Origin: Candidatus Elulimicrobiales bacterium
Lineage (GTDB): Bacteria; Patescibacteriota; Minisyncoccia; Phycocordibacterales; UBA5272
Assembly (NCBI GenBank): GCA_034927475.1
Contig: JAYFPW010000002.1
Coordinates: 45,372 to 109,371, forward strand
DNA: 64,000 nt
Reading direction: 5' to 3'
In this document: positions 28,775-39,093 of the stretch, in pieces
Layout of the letters: each line of letters opens with the position of its first letter
Position numbering within the stretch: position 1 is the first letter of the stretch
Notes under the pieces: generated by a model
What the model was told of the DNA's origin: nothing
What the model saw: the letters and a program-made list of their open reading frames with translations, nothing else
Database searches by the model: none
Program-made: the position numbers and the translations under genes

Positions 28775-29932
28775 ATGAATGTCTTTAAAAAAACTTCCAA
28801 ATTTAGCTCTTTTTTAGAGAAAATTAAACAGGTAGACTGGGTTATTTTCTCTTGCATGGCTATTTTAATGAGTTTTGGTCTTTTGTCTATGACTTCTTCT
28901 GAGCTTTTTGGAGGAGTATTTTGGAGGCAGCTATTTTTAATAGTAATTGCGCTTTCTGTTTATATAGTCTTTTCTTTTTTTGATTATCGTACCTTAAAAA
29001 ATTCTTATATTCTTATCGGTATTTATGGGTTTATGATTCTCCTTTTAGCTTTAATTTTTGTTTTTGGATATGTTTCTAAAGGGGGAAATAGATGGTTTAA
29101 TTTAGGAGAATTTTTTATCGGGCCATCAGAACCAATGAAAGTTGTGCTTATTTTACTTTTAGCAAAGTTCTTTTCTAAAAGACACTTAGCTATTGCAAAT
29201 GTTAAAAATATTTTACTTTCTTTAGTCTATTTAATTATTCCAGTTACTCTTATTGTTCTTCAGCCAGATTTGAGTACAGCTATAGTTTTATGTGTGATCT
29301 GGTTTGGAATGCTTTTAGTCTCTGGTCTTTCAAAGAAACACATACTCTGGTTTTCGGGTATTGCTCTCATAGCCGGCTTACTTTTATGGAATTTTTATCT
29401 TTTACCTTATCAAAAAAATAGAATTATAACTTTTATAAATCCAACTCACGATTTGCAAGGCACTGGTTGGAATGCTTATCAATCTATTATCGCTGTAGGC
29501 TCTGGTGGAGCTTTTGGAAAAGGTGTTGGCTATGGCACTCAATCTCGCTTAGGTTTCCTTCCAGAACATGAGACAGATTTTATCTTTGCTTCTTTTACTG
29601 AAGAATGGGGATTTGTCGGAGCTATGATAGTTTTCACTTTATTTAGCATTATCATTTATAGATTAGTCAAAAAAAGTCAAAAAGGCAACTCCAATTTCGA
29701 AACTCTTTTTATACTTGGGGTTTGTATTTGGTTAGTCACTCAAACCACATTTAATATTGGTATGAATATCGGTATTCTTCCCGTCACCGGTATTCCTTTA
29801 CCTTTTATGAGCCACGGAGGCTCACATCTCTTGGCGGAAAGTCTGGCTCTTGGTATGTGTGTTGGTATGAGTAGATATGGCCGAACTGCTCATCCAGATA
29901 AGTTTAAAGATGAATTTTTGGGGCTAGAATAG
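28775..29932 (+). CDS. SEDS-family peptidoglycan glycosyltransferase (FtsW/RodA)
   Basis: Polytopic protein with conserved blocks LQPDLSTA, NAYQSIIAVGSGGAFGKG, PEHETDFIFA and PLPFMSHGGS. Confidence 0.85.
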   Translation: MNVFKKTSKFSSFLEKIKQVDWVIFSCMAILMSFGLLSMTSSELFGGVFWRQLFLIVIALSVYIVFSFFDYRTLKNSYILIGIYGFMILLLALIFVFGYVSKGGNRWFNLGEFFIGPSEPMKVVLILLLAKFFSKRHLAIANVKNILLSLVYLIIPVTLIVLQPDLSTAIVLCVIWFGMLLVSGLSKKHILWFSGIALIAGLLLWNFYLLPYQKNRIITFINPTHDLQGTGWNAYQSIIAVGSGGAFGKGVGYGTQSRLGFLPEHETDFIFASFTEEWGFVGAMIVFTLFSIIIYRLVKKSQKGNSNFETLFILGVCIWLVTQTTFNIGMNIGILPVTGIPLPFMSHGGSHLLAESLALGMCVGMSRYGRTAHPDKFKDEFLGLE

Positions 29933-29976
29933 TCAAGGAGAAGCTCTCCTAAGTGTGATAGAATAGATTAATATTT

Positions 29977-31257
29977 ATGATGGAAGCTATTAGAAAATAC
30001 AAAGACAAATCTCATATTTTTGTTAAAAGTAAATTTGAGAAAGAAGATGGCGCAGGCTGGCTTTTGCTTCAGCAATTGATTATTGCTCCCATGTCTCTCA
30101 TCACCACTGTCCTTTTAGCTAAAGTCCTTTCTATTACAGATTATGGTTTTTATAAATATATACTTTCAGTATATGGTATTGTCGCTGTCACAGGGCTTAG
30201 TGGTTTTTACAATATTGCTTCTCTAAATATGCAAAGAGGGGAAGATGAATTTTTTCATCTTGGTTTTAAATATAGAAGAATTTTGCGCTGGATACCTGTA
30301 TTAGTTTCTATTATCATTTCTGCTTACTATTTTATAATGGGTAATAATTTTCTCGGTACTTTATTTTTAATCACTATTTTTTCTCATCTTTTTGTAGATT
30401 TATATGATTTTTATATGGTAGCTGTCTCTGGTAGAGGGCATTATAAATTGCATTCACTTTTAGCTGTGATTAATTATTTTGTCTCTTTTTTTCCCCCGAT
30501 TTTAGTTGCCTATCTCACTCAAAATCTATATTTTGTATTTATCACTCTCTTTTTCTGTCAATTTTTATTTAGAATATTTGCTTTTCATTATGTAAAAAAG
30601 AAATTAAATTTACAAAATAAAAATATTTTAAATGAGCTTTCTAAAGAGAGAGAAAATAATTATAAAAAAGAATCTTTAGCTCTTTCTTTTAATGGAGCAC
30701 TAGGAAATCTCAGTGTAAATGGAAGTAGTGCCATTGTCTTTAATAGACTCGGTGCCGAAGCCAACGCTATTTATTCTTTAGCTATTACTTTTGCAGATTT
30801 TATTTACGGTATTGTCTCTGCTCCTTTAGCCAAAGCCACATTAATTTTTTCTCGCATGACTAGAGATAAAGTTTCAAATACTGAGAAAATCAAATTAGCA
30901 AATTCTTTATCAAGAAAATATTTTTGGTTTGCTCTTTTAGCTATGCTCGCCACAATGGCCACGCTTCCTTTTGTATATAAATTTTTATTTGCAAAATATC
31001 TTTTTTCTTATAAATTTGCAGTGGTATATTCTCTCTCCATACTTTCCATTGCTTTTTATCCAGCCTATCAATATCTTTATGAGATTAGAAAGATTAAGCT
31101 TTTAAATACAATTCAAATTTCCACTTTAGTTTTAGGTTTAGCTTCCTTATTTTTCTCTGCTATGTATTTTGGTCTTTGGGGTGCTATAATCGTAGCTATA
31201 ATATTAAGGTTTGCGAATAATGTTATTTCCACAATTTTGATAAGAATTAAAAAATAA
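29977..31257 (+). CDS. polysaccharide/oligosaccharide flippase (Wzx-like, MOP superfamily)
   Basis: 426 aa with ~12 predicted TM helices. Sits at the head of a glycosyltransferase cluster. Confidence 0.55.
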   Translation: MMEAIRKYKDKSHIFVKSKFEKEDGAGWLLLQQLIIAPMSLITTVLLAKVLSITDYGFYKYILSVYGIVAVTGLSGFYNIASLNMQRGEDEFFHLGFKYRRILRWIPVLVSIIISAYYFIMGNNFLGTLFLITIFSHLFVDLYDFYMVAVSGRGHYKLHSLLAVINYFVSFFPPILVAYLTQNLYFVFITLFFCQFLFRIFAFHYVKKKLNLQNKNILNELSKERENNYKKESLALSFNGALGNLSVNGSSAIVFNRLGAEANAIYSLAITFADFIYGIVSAPLAKATLIFSRMTRDKVSNTEKIKLANSLSRKYFWFALLAMLATMATLPFVYKFLFAKYLFSYKFAVVYSLSILSIAFYPAYQYLYEIRKIKLLNTIQISTLVLGLASLFFSAMYFGLWGAIIVAIILRFANNVISTILIRIKK

Positions 31258-31538
31258 TATAAAAGTATGGATCTATACAAAAAGGAAGATGTTAAAAAAA
31301 AGATTTTAAAAAATTATGAGTTATACAAACTAAATCATAGTAGGTTGAAAAGGTTTTTGAAATCTCCAATAAAAACTTTACCATTCTTCATCTTAGCATT
31401 TTTCTCTTATTTAAAACCTTTTAAGGTTAAGTATAAGACTTTTTGGGGAGATTAATAGTAAAAACTAAAAACTTAAATATGTTTTGAGAGATAAAGATAT
31501 TTATTTGATAGGAAAAATAAAGAATATATATATAATTT

Positions 31539-32462
31539 ATGAAAGACGACATCAAAGGTAAAAAAATAATGGTTACAGGAGGAGCTGGTTTTATTGGTTC
31601 CCACTTAGTTGATAGATTAATAGATTTAGGTGCCAGAGTGGTTATTGTGGACAATCTTAGTACAGGGCTCAAACAAAATATAAACCCAAAAGCAGTTTTT
31701 TATAAATTAGATATAAATGATAAAAAAATAAAAAATGTTTTTGAAAAAGAAAAGCCACAGGTTGTTTTTCTTTTAGCATGTAATACAAAAGTTCCAAAAT
31801 CTATAGAAGACCCAATGTTTGATATACAAAGTTTAGTGGGTAATCTTAATGTTTTAGTCAATGCAAAAAATAATAAAGTTTCAAAAATAATAGCAGCATC
31901 CTCTGGTTTTGTTTATGGAAATACAACTAAATTTCCAACACCTGAATCTGCTCCAATCATACCGGAGAATCCTTATATTATTAACAAATCTGCAATGGAA
32001 AAATATGTTGAATTTTTTTGTATGACATACAATATTGAATATGTCATATTAAGGTATGCTACTGTTTACGGTCCAAGACAGGTTGGTGGAGCTATGGCAG
32101 ACTATATTAGAAACATAAAAGCTGGAACATCTGCTGATATTTATGGTAATGGTAAAAAAACTAGAGATTATGTGTATATAGAAGATGTTATTCAAGCCAA
32201 TATGTTAGCGTTAAAATATAAACCCCATAAAAATGTGACCCCTATTTTTAATATAGGGACAGGAGTCGAGACAACTTTAAATTCTCTATACTCTAAAATT
32301 TGTAAAATCTTAAACAAAAAATCAAAACCGACCTATCAAAAAGACAGAAAAGGAGAAATGTTTAGATTTAGCCTTTCGACAAGTAAGAGTAATAAATATT
32401 TACACTGGAAATATCTAAATAGTTTGGATGAGGGATTAAAAAAGATATTATTAAATAAATAA
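31539..32462 (+). CDS. NAD-dependent sugar epimerase/dehydratase (SDR family)
   Basis: VTGGAGFIGSHLVDRL Rossmann motif and catalytic YxxxK (YIINK). Confidence 0.8.
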   Translation: MKDDIKGKKIMVTGGAGFIGSHLVDRLIDLGARVVIVDNLSTGLKQNINPKAVFYKLDINDKKIKNVFEKEKPQVVFLLACNTKVPKSIEDPMFDIQSLVGNLNVLVNAKNNKVSKIIAASSGFVYGNTTKFPTPESAPIIPENPYIINKSAMEKYVEFFCMTYNIEYVILRYATVYGPRQVGGAMADYIRNIKAGTSADIYGNGKKTRDYVYIEDVIQANMLALKYKPHKNVTPIFNIGTGVETTLNSLYSKICKILNKKSKPTYQKDRKGEMFRFSLSTSKSNKYLHWKYLNSLDEGLKKILLNK

Positions 32463-32466
32463 AACT

Positions 32467-33114
32467 ATGAAAAATTTTTTGAAAAAAAATATCAGACACA
32501 TATTTCCAACAACCGATCAAATTATAGAGCGTGTGTTAAGAAGAGAGATTAAAAAAGGGGATAAGGTTCTAGATTTGGGCTGCGGACCACATTCTCCCCT
32601 CAAGATGTTGAAGAAAAATCCAGATTTAGAATTATATTCTGTCGGCGTAGATCTTTTTCGTCCTTACATAGAAAGGAATATTAATATTGAGAAAATTCAC
32701 ACTGAAATAATTGAGAAAAATATTTTAGATATTGATTTTCCGGACAATAGTTTTGATTGCGCTGTTATGATAGATATTATTGAACATATTAGAAAAGAAG
32801 ATTTTTATAATTTTTTACCAAAATTAGAAAAAATAGCAAAAAAAATAATAATTATCACTCCTAATGATTTTGTGGAACAAGACATTTATGATGAAAATAT
32901 TTATCAAAAACATCTTTCGGGGTGGACGGTAAAAGAACTTGAAGAGTTAGGTTTTAAGTGTTTTGGATTGTCTGGTTTAAAATCTTTACGAAAAGAGTTG
33001 TGGGTTCCAAAAATAAAACCAGCTACTTTGGGAAATTTTATAGCTGATATAACTCAGTCTGTGGTTTATAGAAATCCTAAGTTTGCATACCATATTATAG
33101 CTATAAAAAAATAA
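32467..33114 (+). CDS. class I SAM-dependent methyltransferase
   Basis: Motif I VLDLGCGP and acidic motif II. Length 215 aa. Confidence 0.7.
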   Translation: MKNFLKKNIRHIFPTTDQIIERVLRREIKKGDKVLDLGCGPHSPLKMLKKNPDLELYSVGVDLFRPYIERNINIEKIHTEIIEKNILDIDFPDNSFDCAVMIDIIEHIRKEDFYNFLPKLEKIAKKIIIITPNDFVEQDIYDENIYQKHLSGWTVKELEELGFKCFGLSGLKSLRKELWVPKIKPATLGNFIADITQSVVYRNPKFAYHIIAIKK

Positions 33115-33903
33115 ATGAAAACACTTATCTCTATAATTACACCATGTTTTAACTCTGAAAACACCATAGAGAGATGTATTTTAAGTGTTAAAAATCAAAA
33201 AGATTGTTTTAATATTGAACACATAATTATAGACGGAAAATCCAAGGATAAGACTTTAGAGATTATAAAAAAATATGAAAGTACATACGGAATGAAATGG
33301 GTATCAGAAAAAGATTCTGGGATAGCGGAAGCGATGAATAAAGGTTTTGCTTTGGCAGAAGGGGAATATGTGGCTTGGCTAGATGCTGATAATTATTATC
33401 CAAATGATATATGTAGTTTTATTTCAGATAAAATAAAAAGAAATCCAGAAGTTGATATATTTTGTGGATATATTGAGTTTATCTCTAAACATAAAAAAAA
33501 ACAGTTTGGATCCAATCCACCTTTTTCATTTAAGAAGGCTCTTATGAAAAATACTGGAAGTATACCACTTCAGCCTGGGGTTTTCTTTAAGAAAAAACTT
33601 TGGAATGATGTTTCAGGTTTTAATACTAAGTATAAAATTGCGGGAGATTATGATTTTTGGTTGAAAGTTTTAAAAATGAATCCTGAGATAGACTATTCAG
33701 AAAAAGTTTTCGGATACTATTTAAAAGAGGATATGGGTGCTTCTCAATCTTTAAAAGGTATAACAAATGGGTTAAAAGAAATGATATCCATCGGCTCCAA
33801 ATATAAACAACCATTTTTTGGAAAAATTTCATTGGTTTTTAAATATGTAACAGGTTTATTTTCTTTTTATTTTAAAAAGATAAAGTATGAAAAAGATAAT
33901 TAA
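33115..33903 (+). CDS. family 2 glycosyltransferase
   Basis: ISIITPCFNSENTIERCILSVKNQ...IIIDGKSKDKT plus DAD/DxD (AWLDADNYY). Confidence 0.8.
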   Translation: MKTLISIITPCFNSENTIERCILSVKNQKDCFNIEHIIIDGKSKDKTLEIIKKYESTYGMKWVSEKDSGIAEAMNKGFALAEGEYVAWLDADNYYPNDICSFISDKIKRNPEVDIFCGYIEFISKHKKKQFGSNPPFSFKKALMKNTGSIPLQPGVFFKKKLWNDVSGFNTKYKIAGDYDFWLKVLKMNPEIDYSEKVFGYYLKEDMGASQSLKGITNGLKEMISIGSKYKQPFFGKISLVFKYVTGLFSFYFKKIKYEKDN

Positions 33904-34615
33904 ATTTTTATTTAAAATATTACAAACTCCTTTTATCATAAAGGACTATTTAAGCTATCTTAAAAAGGATAAGAATCAGAGATTTAATTTAAAAATAAAA
34001 GATTTTTATCCTCAAATAAAAGATAAGACCATAAAAACTGGTTTCGATAGACATTACGTCTACCATACTGCATGGGCAGCTAGAAAAATAAAAGAAATTA
34101 ATCCTATTAAGCATATAGATATTTCTTCTAGTTTATATTTTTCAGGAATACTCTCTTCTTTTATTGATATTGATTTTTACGATTATCGTCCAGCAGATCT
34201 ACATTTGTCCGGATTAAAAAGTTTAGAAGGTAATCTTTATAATCTTCCTTTTGAGTCAAATTCTCTTAAATCAATTTCTTGTATGCATACAGTTGAACAT
34301 ATAGGACTTGGTAGGTATGGGGACACCATAGATCCAGAAGGTGATTTAAGGGCTATTTCAGAATTAAAGAGAGTTGTGGAGCCAAAGGGAAATCTTTTAT
34401 TTGTGGTCCCTATAGGTAGAGCTAAAATTGAATTTAATGCACACCGGGTATACTCTTATGAGCAAATAATCTCATATTTTGATAAATTTACACTAAAAGA
34501 ATTCTCTTTAATACCAGAATCAGCAGATAAAGGAGGTTTGATTATAAATGCAGATCCTAAATTAGTCGAAGCTGAAAAATATGCCTGCGGGTGTTTTTGG
34601 TTTATAAAAAATTAG
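33887..34615 (+). CDS. hypothetical protein, possible methyltransferase-like (DUF268-type) enzyme of the glycan cluster
   Basis: 242 aa. Conserved-looking YHTAWAARKI...MHTVEHIG blocks. Assignment is tentative. Confidence 0.35.
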   Translation: MKKIIKFLFKILQTPFIIKDYLSYLKKDKNQRFNLKIKDFYPQIKDKTIKTGFDRHYVYHTAWAARKIKEINPIKHIDISSSLYFSGILSSFIDIDFYDYRPADLHLSGLKSLEGNLYNLPFESNSLKSISCMHTVEHIGLGRYGDTIDPEGDLRAISELKRVVEPKGNLLFVVPIGRAKIEFNAHRVYSYEQIISYFDKFTLKEFSLIPESADKGGLIINADPKLVEAEKYACGCFWFIKN

Positions 34616-34620
34616 ACAAT

Positions 34621-35517
34621 ATGATAAAAGTAAAAATTCAAGCTGGATTAGGTAACCAAATGTTCCAATATGCTTTAGCTCGATATTTACAAGAAAAAAC
34701 AAGACAAGAAATAATTCTAGACCTCTCTTACTATTCTCTAGGTGGAGTAAAAAGGGGTGATACTCCTCGTGGATATGAGTTGGACAAATTTAATATAAAC
34801 GAAAGCTTTAAAAAAGATTTTTCTCCTACACCTTTCAAGGCTACATTTTTTGGAAAAATTTTGAGAAGATTTAAAAATGAATCAGCTTTTGTTTTTTATA
34901 AAAAGTTTTTGAATCCAAAAGACGGCAATTATTTAATAGGTTTTTGGCAGTCAGAAAAATATTTTAAAGACATCGAATATATTATAAGGAAAGAATTTAC
35001 TCTAAAAAATAGAATCGAAATCCGAGAAGATTCTGATTTAGCCAAACAGTTTTTGAATCAGATATTATTTTCCAAAAACTCTATTTCTGTAAATGTGCGA
35101 AGAGGGGATTATGCTAACAATCCTAAAATACGAAATCATCATGGGCTTTTGTCCATAGAGTATTTTATAGAAGCTGTTAAATATGTTGTAAAAGAAAAGA
35201 AACTTTTGAAAGAAGGTGTTAAGATTTTTATCTTTTCAGATGATGTTGAGTGGTGTAGAGAAAACTTAGATTCTTTAAAAGATTTTGGAGAATTGGTATT
35301 TGTCTCAAAAGATATAATAGCCACAGATTCTTTGTACTTAATAAGTAAATGTAAATATAATGTAATTGCTAATTCTTCCTTTTCTTGGTGGGCGGCTTGG
35401 TTGAATAATAATCCAAGCAAAATTGTAATTGCTCCTAAAAAATGGATGAGAACTAAGGTTGATACAAAAGACGTTTGTCCTCACGATTGGATTAGATTAG
35501 AAAATAGATTTTATTAA
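34621..35517 (+). CDS. alpha-1,2-fucosyltransferase (glycosyltransferase family 11)
   Basis: GT11 motifs: N-terminal GGLGNQMFQYA, HVRRGDY-type VNVRRGDY, and IFSDDVEWC. Start at MIKVKIQ (ATG 34621). Confidence 0.85.
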   Translation: MIKVKIQAGLGNQMFQYALARYLQEKTRQEIILDLSYYSLGGVKRGDTPRGYELDKFNINESFKKDFSPTPFKATFFGKILRRFKNESAFVFYKKFLNPKDGNYLIGFWQSEKYFKDIEYIIRKEFTLKNRIEIREDSDLAKQFLNQILFSKNSISVNVRRGDYANNPKIRNHHGLLSIEYFIEAVKYVVKEKKLLKEGVKIFIFSDDVEWCRENLDSLKDFGELVFVSKDIIATDSLYLISKCKYNVIANSSFSWWAAWLNNNPSKIVIAPKKWMRTKVDTKDVCPHDWIRLENRFY

Positions 35518-36240
35518 TCTTTGTGTTGCTAATATTCTCATTTTGACGGCAGCAAGTTTCATTTTTAGCTTCGTTTTTAAATTTTTACTACTAGAGTTTG
35601 CTGTATGAATTCTATATTTAATTAAATATTTATCAATATTTTTTGCTTTATTATTATAAATATATTTAGTGACAAATTCATAATCTTCAGCTAAATGAGT
35701 ACCAACCTTGAAGAGGTTATTTTTTTCTAAAATTTCTTTTTTGAGAATTAGAGAAGAAGTTATAAAAGGATGTTTATAAAAAGAAGATTGTTTTATCTTT
35801 TTATCCTCTAAGGGTGGATAGGTAAATTTTTTAATTTCTTTACCTTTTTCATCTATAACACTTGCCCAAGTTCCGCAAATTTTTAATTCTTTGTCAGATC
35901 CAAACTTGTTTAACTGTATGTTTAATTTTTCTTCTACCCAAATATCATCAGAGTCTAAAAAAGCTATATATTCACCAGAACTTTTTTTAATACCAATATT
36001 TCGTGCCACAGAAACACCTTGATTTATTTGATCTATTATCTTTATCCTATTATCTTTATTCCCATATTCTTTAATAATATTTAAAGAATTATCTTTTGAG
36101 CCGTCATTTACAATAATTAATTCAAAATCTTTGAAAGTCTGATTAAGTACACTTTCTATGGCTTCTCCTAAAAACTTTTCACCATTATAGACTGGCATTA
36201 TTACTGAGACTTTTGGATTCATATTTTCATTATACCCCAC
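35497..36240 (-). CDS. family 2 glycosyltransferase
   Basis: VSVIMPVYNGEKFLGEAIESVLNQTFKDFELIIVNDGSKDNS and DSDD motif. Confidence 0.8.
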   Translation of the reverse strand: MGYNENMNPKVSVIMPVYNGEKFLGEAIESVLNQTFKDFELIIVNDGSKDNSLNIIKEYGNKDNRIKIIDQINQGVSVARNIGIKKSSGEYIAFLDSDDIWVEEKLNIQLNKFGSDKELKICGTWASVIDEKGKEIKKFTYPPLEDKKIKQSSFYKHPFITSSLILKKEILEKNNLFKVGTHLAEDYEFVTKYIYNNKAKNIDKYLIKYRIHTANSSSKNLKTKLKMKLAAVKMRILATQRLIKSIF

Positions 36241-37594
36241 TCTTACTTAATAGAGTTTTGACAGTTCTAATCATCAAAGATAAATCCATTAAGAAAGATC
36301 TATGCTTTAAATAGAAAATATCATAACAAAGTTTGTCTTTGGTGGCATCGGTCGCAATGCCAAACTTTGGAACAGATTTTTGTTCTTGATAAATCTGGGC
36401 GTAGCCGGAAAGGCCAGGAGTAACGGTGTGGCGAATCCCGTAAAAAGGGATTTGTTTCCCATATTCCTCTACAAGAGGAGGAACTTCTGGACGAGGTCCG
36501 ATGAGAGACAAGTCTCCTGAGATAATATTTATAAGTTGAGGGAGTTCATCTAGTCTAGTTTTTCTTAAAAAGCTTCCAAACTTTGTAATTCTTTTTGCTT
36601 CATCTTTACTGCTAGAATCTATGTCTTTATTTTTAAGATCGGTCATACTTCTAAATTTATAGACTTTAAAAGGAAGTCCGTCTTTACCTATTCTTTCAGA
36701 AATATAAAAGAGGCTTCCACCGTCTTGTGCTTTTAAAACAAGAAAGATAATCGGGTAAATAGCTAGAGAAATCAAAAAGATAGGAATAGACAAAGATAAA
36801 TCTAAGAGTCTTTTTGCATTTTCGTAAAATTTATTTTTCTTTCCGTAAAGATTATTAAAGAACCAGCCAGCGTCGATATTATCAAGTGGAATTTTTTGGA
36901 ATAAATCTTCGTATAAATCGGCAAAATTTATAACGGACACTTTTTCTAAAAGTAATTCATAGAAAAGAGAAATGCTATTTTTAACATACGGGTGATGCAT
37001 ATTAATCGCTAGCATATTAAATTTTCCATCTTCAATTTTAGATTTTATTTTTGTATAAAGATTTAAATCTCTATCTTCATTTAAGTCTATAAAATCCACT
37101 TTTTCCACATTTAGGATTTTGTTATGCTCTATTTCGTTTTTTAATTCTGAGAGTTCTTTTCCTTCAGCGACTAAAAGAATTCTGTTTTGAGCCGTACTTT
37201 TAAAAAGTTTGCCAACATTTCTTCTCCAAATAAAAATTAATAAACTAGAAATGGCGATGTAAATTATAAGTATTGTTTTTGGAGCAATAGAGAAAAGGGG
37301 AACAGTATAGAAAATTATTGCTCCGAGTACAGAAGAAAGTATCTGACTTGATAAAATTCTTTGATTTAATTCTTTATATATTTTGACTGTCATTTTGTCG
37401 TAGAAGCCATACATATAAAAGACAAGCAAGTTTAAAAATATAATTAAAAGAAAGGGTCTAAAGATTTTTAAATATTCAGCAAATGGTAAAAATTCTAGAT
37501 TTCTTAAAGCTAAAGCCAAATAGAGAGAGAAAGATAAAATCAAAAAATCTATAATAGCGATGAATAGCCTCTTTGTGATTCTGGTTGAAATCAT
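36230..37594 (-). CDS. undecaprenyl-phosphate sugar phosphotransferase (bacterial sugar transferase, WbaP/PglB-type initiating enzyme)
   Basis: N-terminal TM helices, and a C-terminal domain with KVYKFRSM and DELPQLINIISGDLSLIGPRPE. Confidence 0.85.
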   Translation of the reverse strand: MISTRITKRLFIAIIDFLILSFSLYLALALRNLEFLPFAEYLKIFRPFLLIIFLNLLVFYMYGFYDKMTVKIYKELNQRILSSQILSSVLGAIIFYTVPLFSIAPKTILIIYIAISSLLIFIWRRNVGKLFKSTAQNRILLVAEGKELSELKNEIEHNKILNVEKVDFIDLNEDRDLNLYTKIKSKIEDGKFNMLAINMHHPYVKNSISLFYELLLEKVSVINFADLYEDLFQKIPLDNIDAGWFFNNLYGKKNKFYENAKRLLDLSLSIPIFLISLAIYPIIFLVLKAQDGGSLFYISERIGKDGLPFKVYKFRSMTDLKNKDIDSSSKDEAKRITKFGSFLRKTRLDELPQLINIISGDLSLIGPRPEVPPLVEEYGKQIPFYGIRHTVTPGLSGYAQIYQEQKSVPKFGIATDATKDKLCYDIFYLKHRSFLMDLSLMIRTVKTLLSKSGV

Positions 37595-37670
37595 ATATAC
37601 TTATATTAAATTATAGGTTTATTATACAATTTATCCCAAAAAAATAAAGCTAAATTTTTTCTCAAAAATT

Positions 37671-38774
37671 ATGAAAATTTTATACATAATTACTAAAAGT
37701 AATTGGGGTGGAGCACAAAAATATGTTTTTGATTTGGCTAAACATACAAAAGAGCTAGGAGAAGATGTTTCGGTCGCTTTTGGAGGAAATGGGGCTTTAG
37801 CTGAAAAACTAAAAGAGAAAAATATTCGCACTATAGAGATTTCTGATTTAGAAAGAGATGTAAATTTAGAAAAAGAAATTAAAGTTTTTAGAAATCTTTA
37901 TAAAACCCTTAAAACTGAAAAACCAGATATTATTCATTTAAATAGTTCAAAGATTGGAGCACTTGGATCTTTGCTTGGAAGAATGGCTGGAATTAAAAAA
38001 ATTATTTTTACAGCTCACGGATTTCCTTTCCGCGAAGAAAGGGGATTTTTTCAAATTTTAATAATTAAGTTTTTGTCTTGGCTTACAATTATTTTTTCCC
38101 ATAAGACAATTTGTGTTTCTAAAAAAGATTTTGATGATGTTAAAGACTGGTTATTTGTTAAAGATAAAATTTTTACTATTCACAATGGTATCGATTTAAA
38201 TGAAATTCCAGAAAATCTATCTTTAGAAAGAGGTTCCAATATTGTAAAGATCGTTTCTATTGGAGAATTGCATAAAAATAAAGGATTTGAATATGGAATA
38301 AAAACTATTTCAGAAATGAGGAAGAAAATTCAAAATTTTAAATATACAATTTTTTCTTTTGGTGGTGATGAAAAATTTAATTTAGAAAAAATGATAAAAG
38401 ATTTATCTTTGCAAGATTTTGTAGAGCTAAATATCAATCGAGAAAAACATAGCGATTTTCTAAAAGATTTTGATATTTATTTTATGCCTTCCATTAAAGA
38501 AGGTTTGCCATATGTCTTATTAGAGGCTGGGTTGAATTCTTTGCCTTTGGTTGCTAGTGATACAGGAGGAATTGGTGAAATTGTAGAAAATTATAAAAAT
38601 GGATTTTTAATAAAACCGAAAGACATAAATGGTTTTGAGTTGGCTTTGGAAAAATTGATAGAAAGTAAAAATCTGAGAGAGGAATTTGGAAGAGAGGCAA
38701 GAGATAAAGTTAAAAAAGAGTTTAGTTTAGAGAAAATGTTAGAAAAAACTAAAGAACTCTATTTTAACAATTAA
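37671..38774 (+). CDS. family 4 (GT-B) glycosyltransferase
   Basis: C-terminal EGLPYVLLEAGLNSLPLVASDTGGIGEIV (E-x7-E motif region). Confidence 0.8.
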   Translation: MKILYIITKSNWGGAQKYVFDLAKHTKELGEDVSVAFGGNGALAEKLKEKNIRTIEISDLERDVNLEKEIKVFRNLYKTLKTEKPDIIHLNSSKIGALGSLLGRMAGIKKIIFTAHGFPFREERGFFQILIIKFLSWLTIIFSHKTICVSKKDFDDVKDWLFVKDKIFTIHNGIDLNEIPENLSLERGSNIVKIVSIGELHKNKGFEYGIKTISEMRKKIQNFKYTIFSFGGDEKFNLEKMIKDLSLQDFVELNINREKHSDFLKDFDIYFMPSIKEGLPYVLLEAGLNSLPLVASDTGGIGEIVENYKNGFLIKPKDINGFELALEKLIESKNLREEFGREARDKVKKEFSLEKMLEKTKELYFNN

Positions 38775-38949
38775 GTTTGTGTTTTTAAGAAAAATGTGTT
38801 ATATTTATATTAGTTCTAATTAAGCCGTAAGTTTGTCAGATGTGAATCTCGCAAACAGACAATTTTGTCATATTTTTAATTCCCTTCACTGCACTAAAAC
38901 AGTGAAGGGTTTTTTGTTTTACTATTTTCATGTTAAAATCTAAAAACTG

Positions 38950-39020
38950 GGTCTATAGTTCAGTGGTAGAATAGCGGTCTCCAAAACCGTTGACCGAGGT
39001 TCGAATCCTCGTGGACCCGC
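38950..39020 (+). tRNA. tRNA-Trp (anticodon CCA)
   Basis: Manual fold: acceptor gggtcta/tggaccc, D-arm gttc-agtggta-gaat, anticodon stem gcggt/accgt with loop cuCCAaa, T-arm cgagg-TTCGAAT-cctcg. CCA is not encoded. Confidence 0.85.
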
Positions 39021-39021
39021 C

Positions 39022-39090
39022 TTCGGTTCGCCGAAGCGAACCTATGGCGTGGCAAAGCCCGCCGTGGTTTGCGAAGGCGACCTTGATATA
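39022..39090 (+). other. GC-rich structured island directly 3' of tRNA-Trp (cuucgg-UUCG-ccgaag hairpin plus further GC stems)
   Basis: ~65% GC over ~70 nt in a ~30% GC genome. Perfect hairpin cttcgg ttcg ccgaag, then gcgaacc...ggtttgc and ggcg...cgcc pairings. Confidence 0.4.
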
Positions 39091-39093
39091 AAT

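Noticed and set aside
31267-31455. 62-aa ORF after the flippase gene
   Set aside because: No motifs and a weak coding signal. It may be a small membrane peptide but support is insufficient to call.
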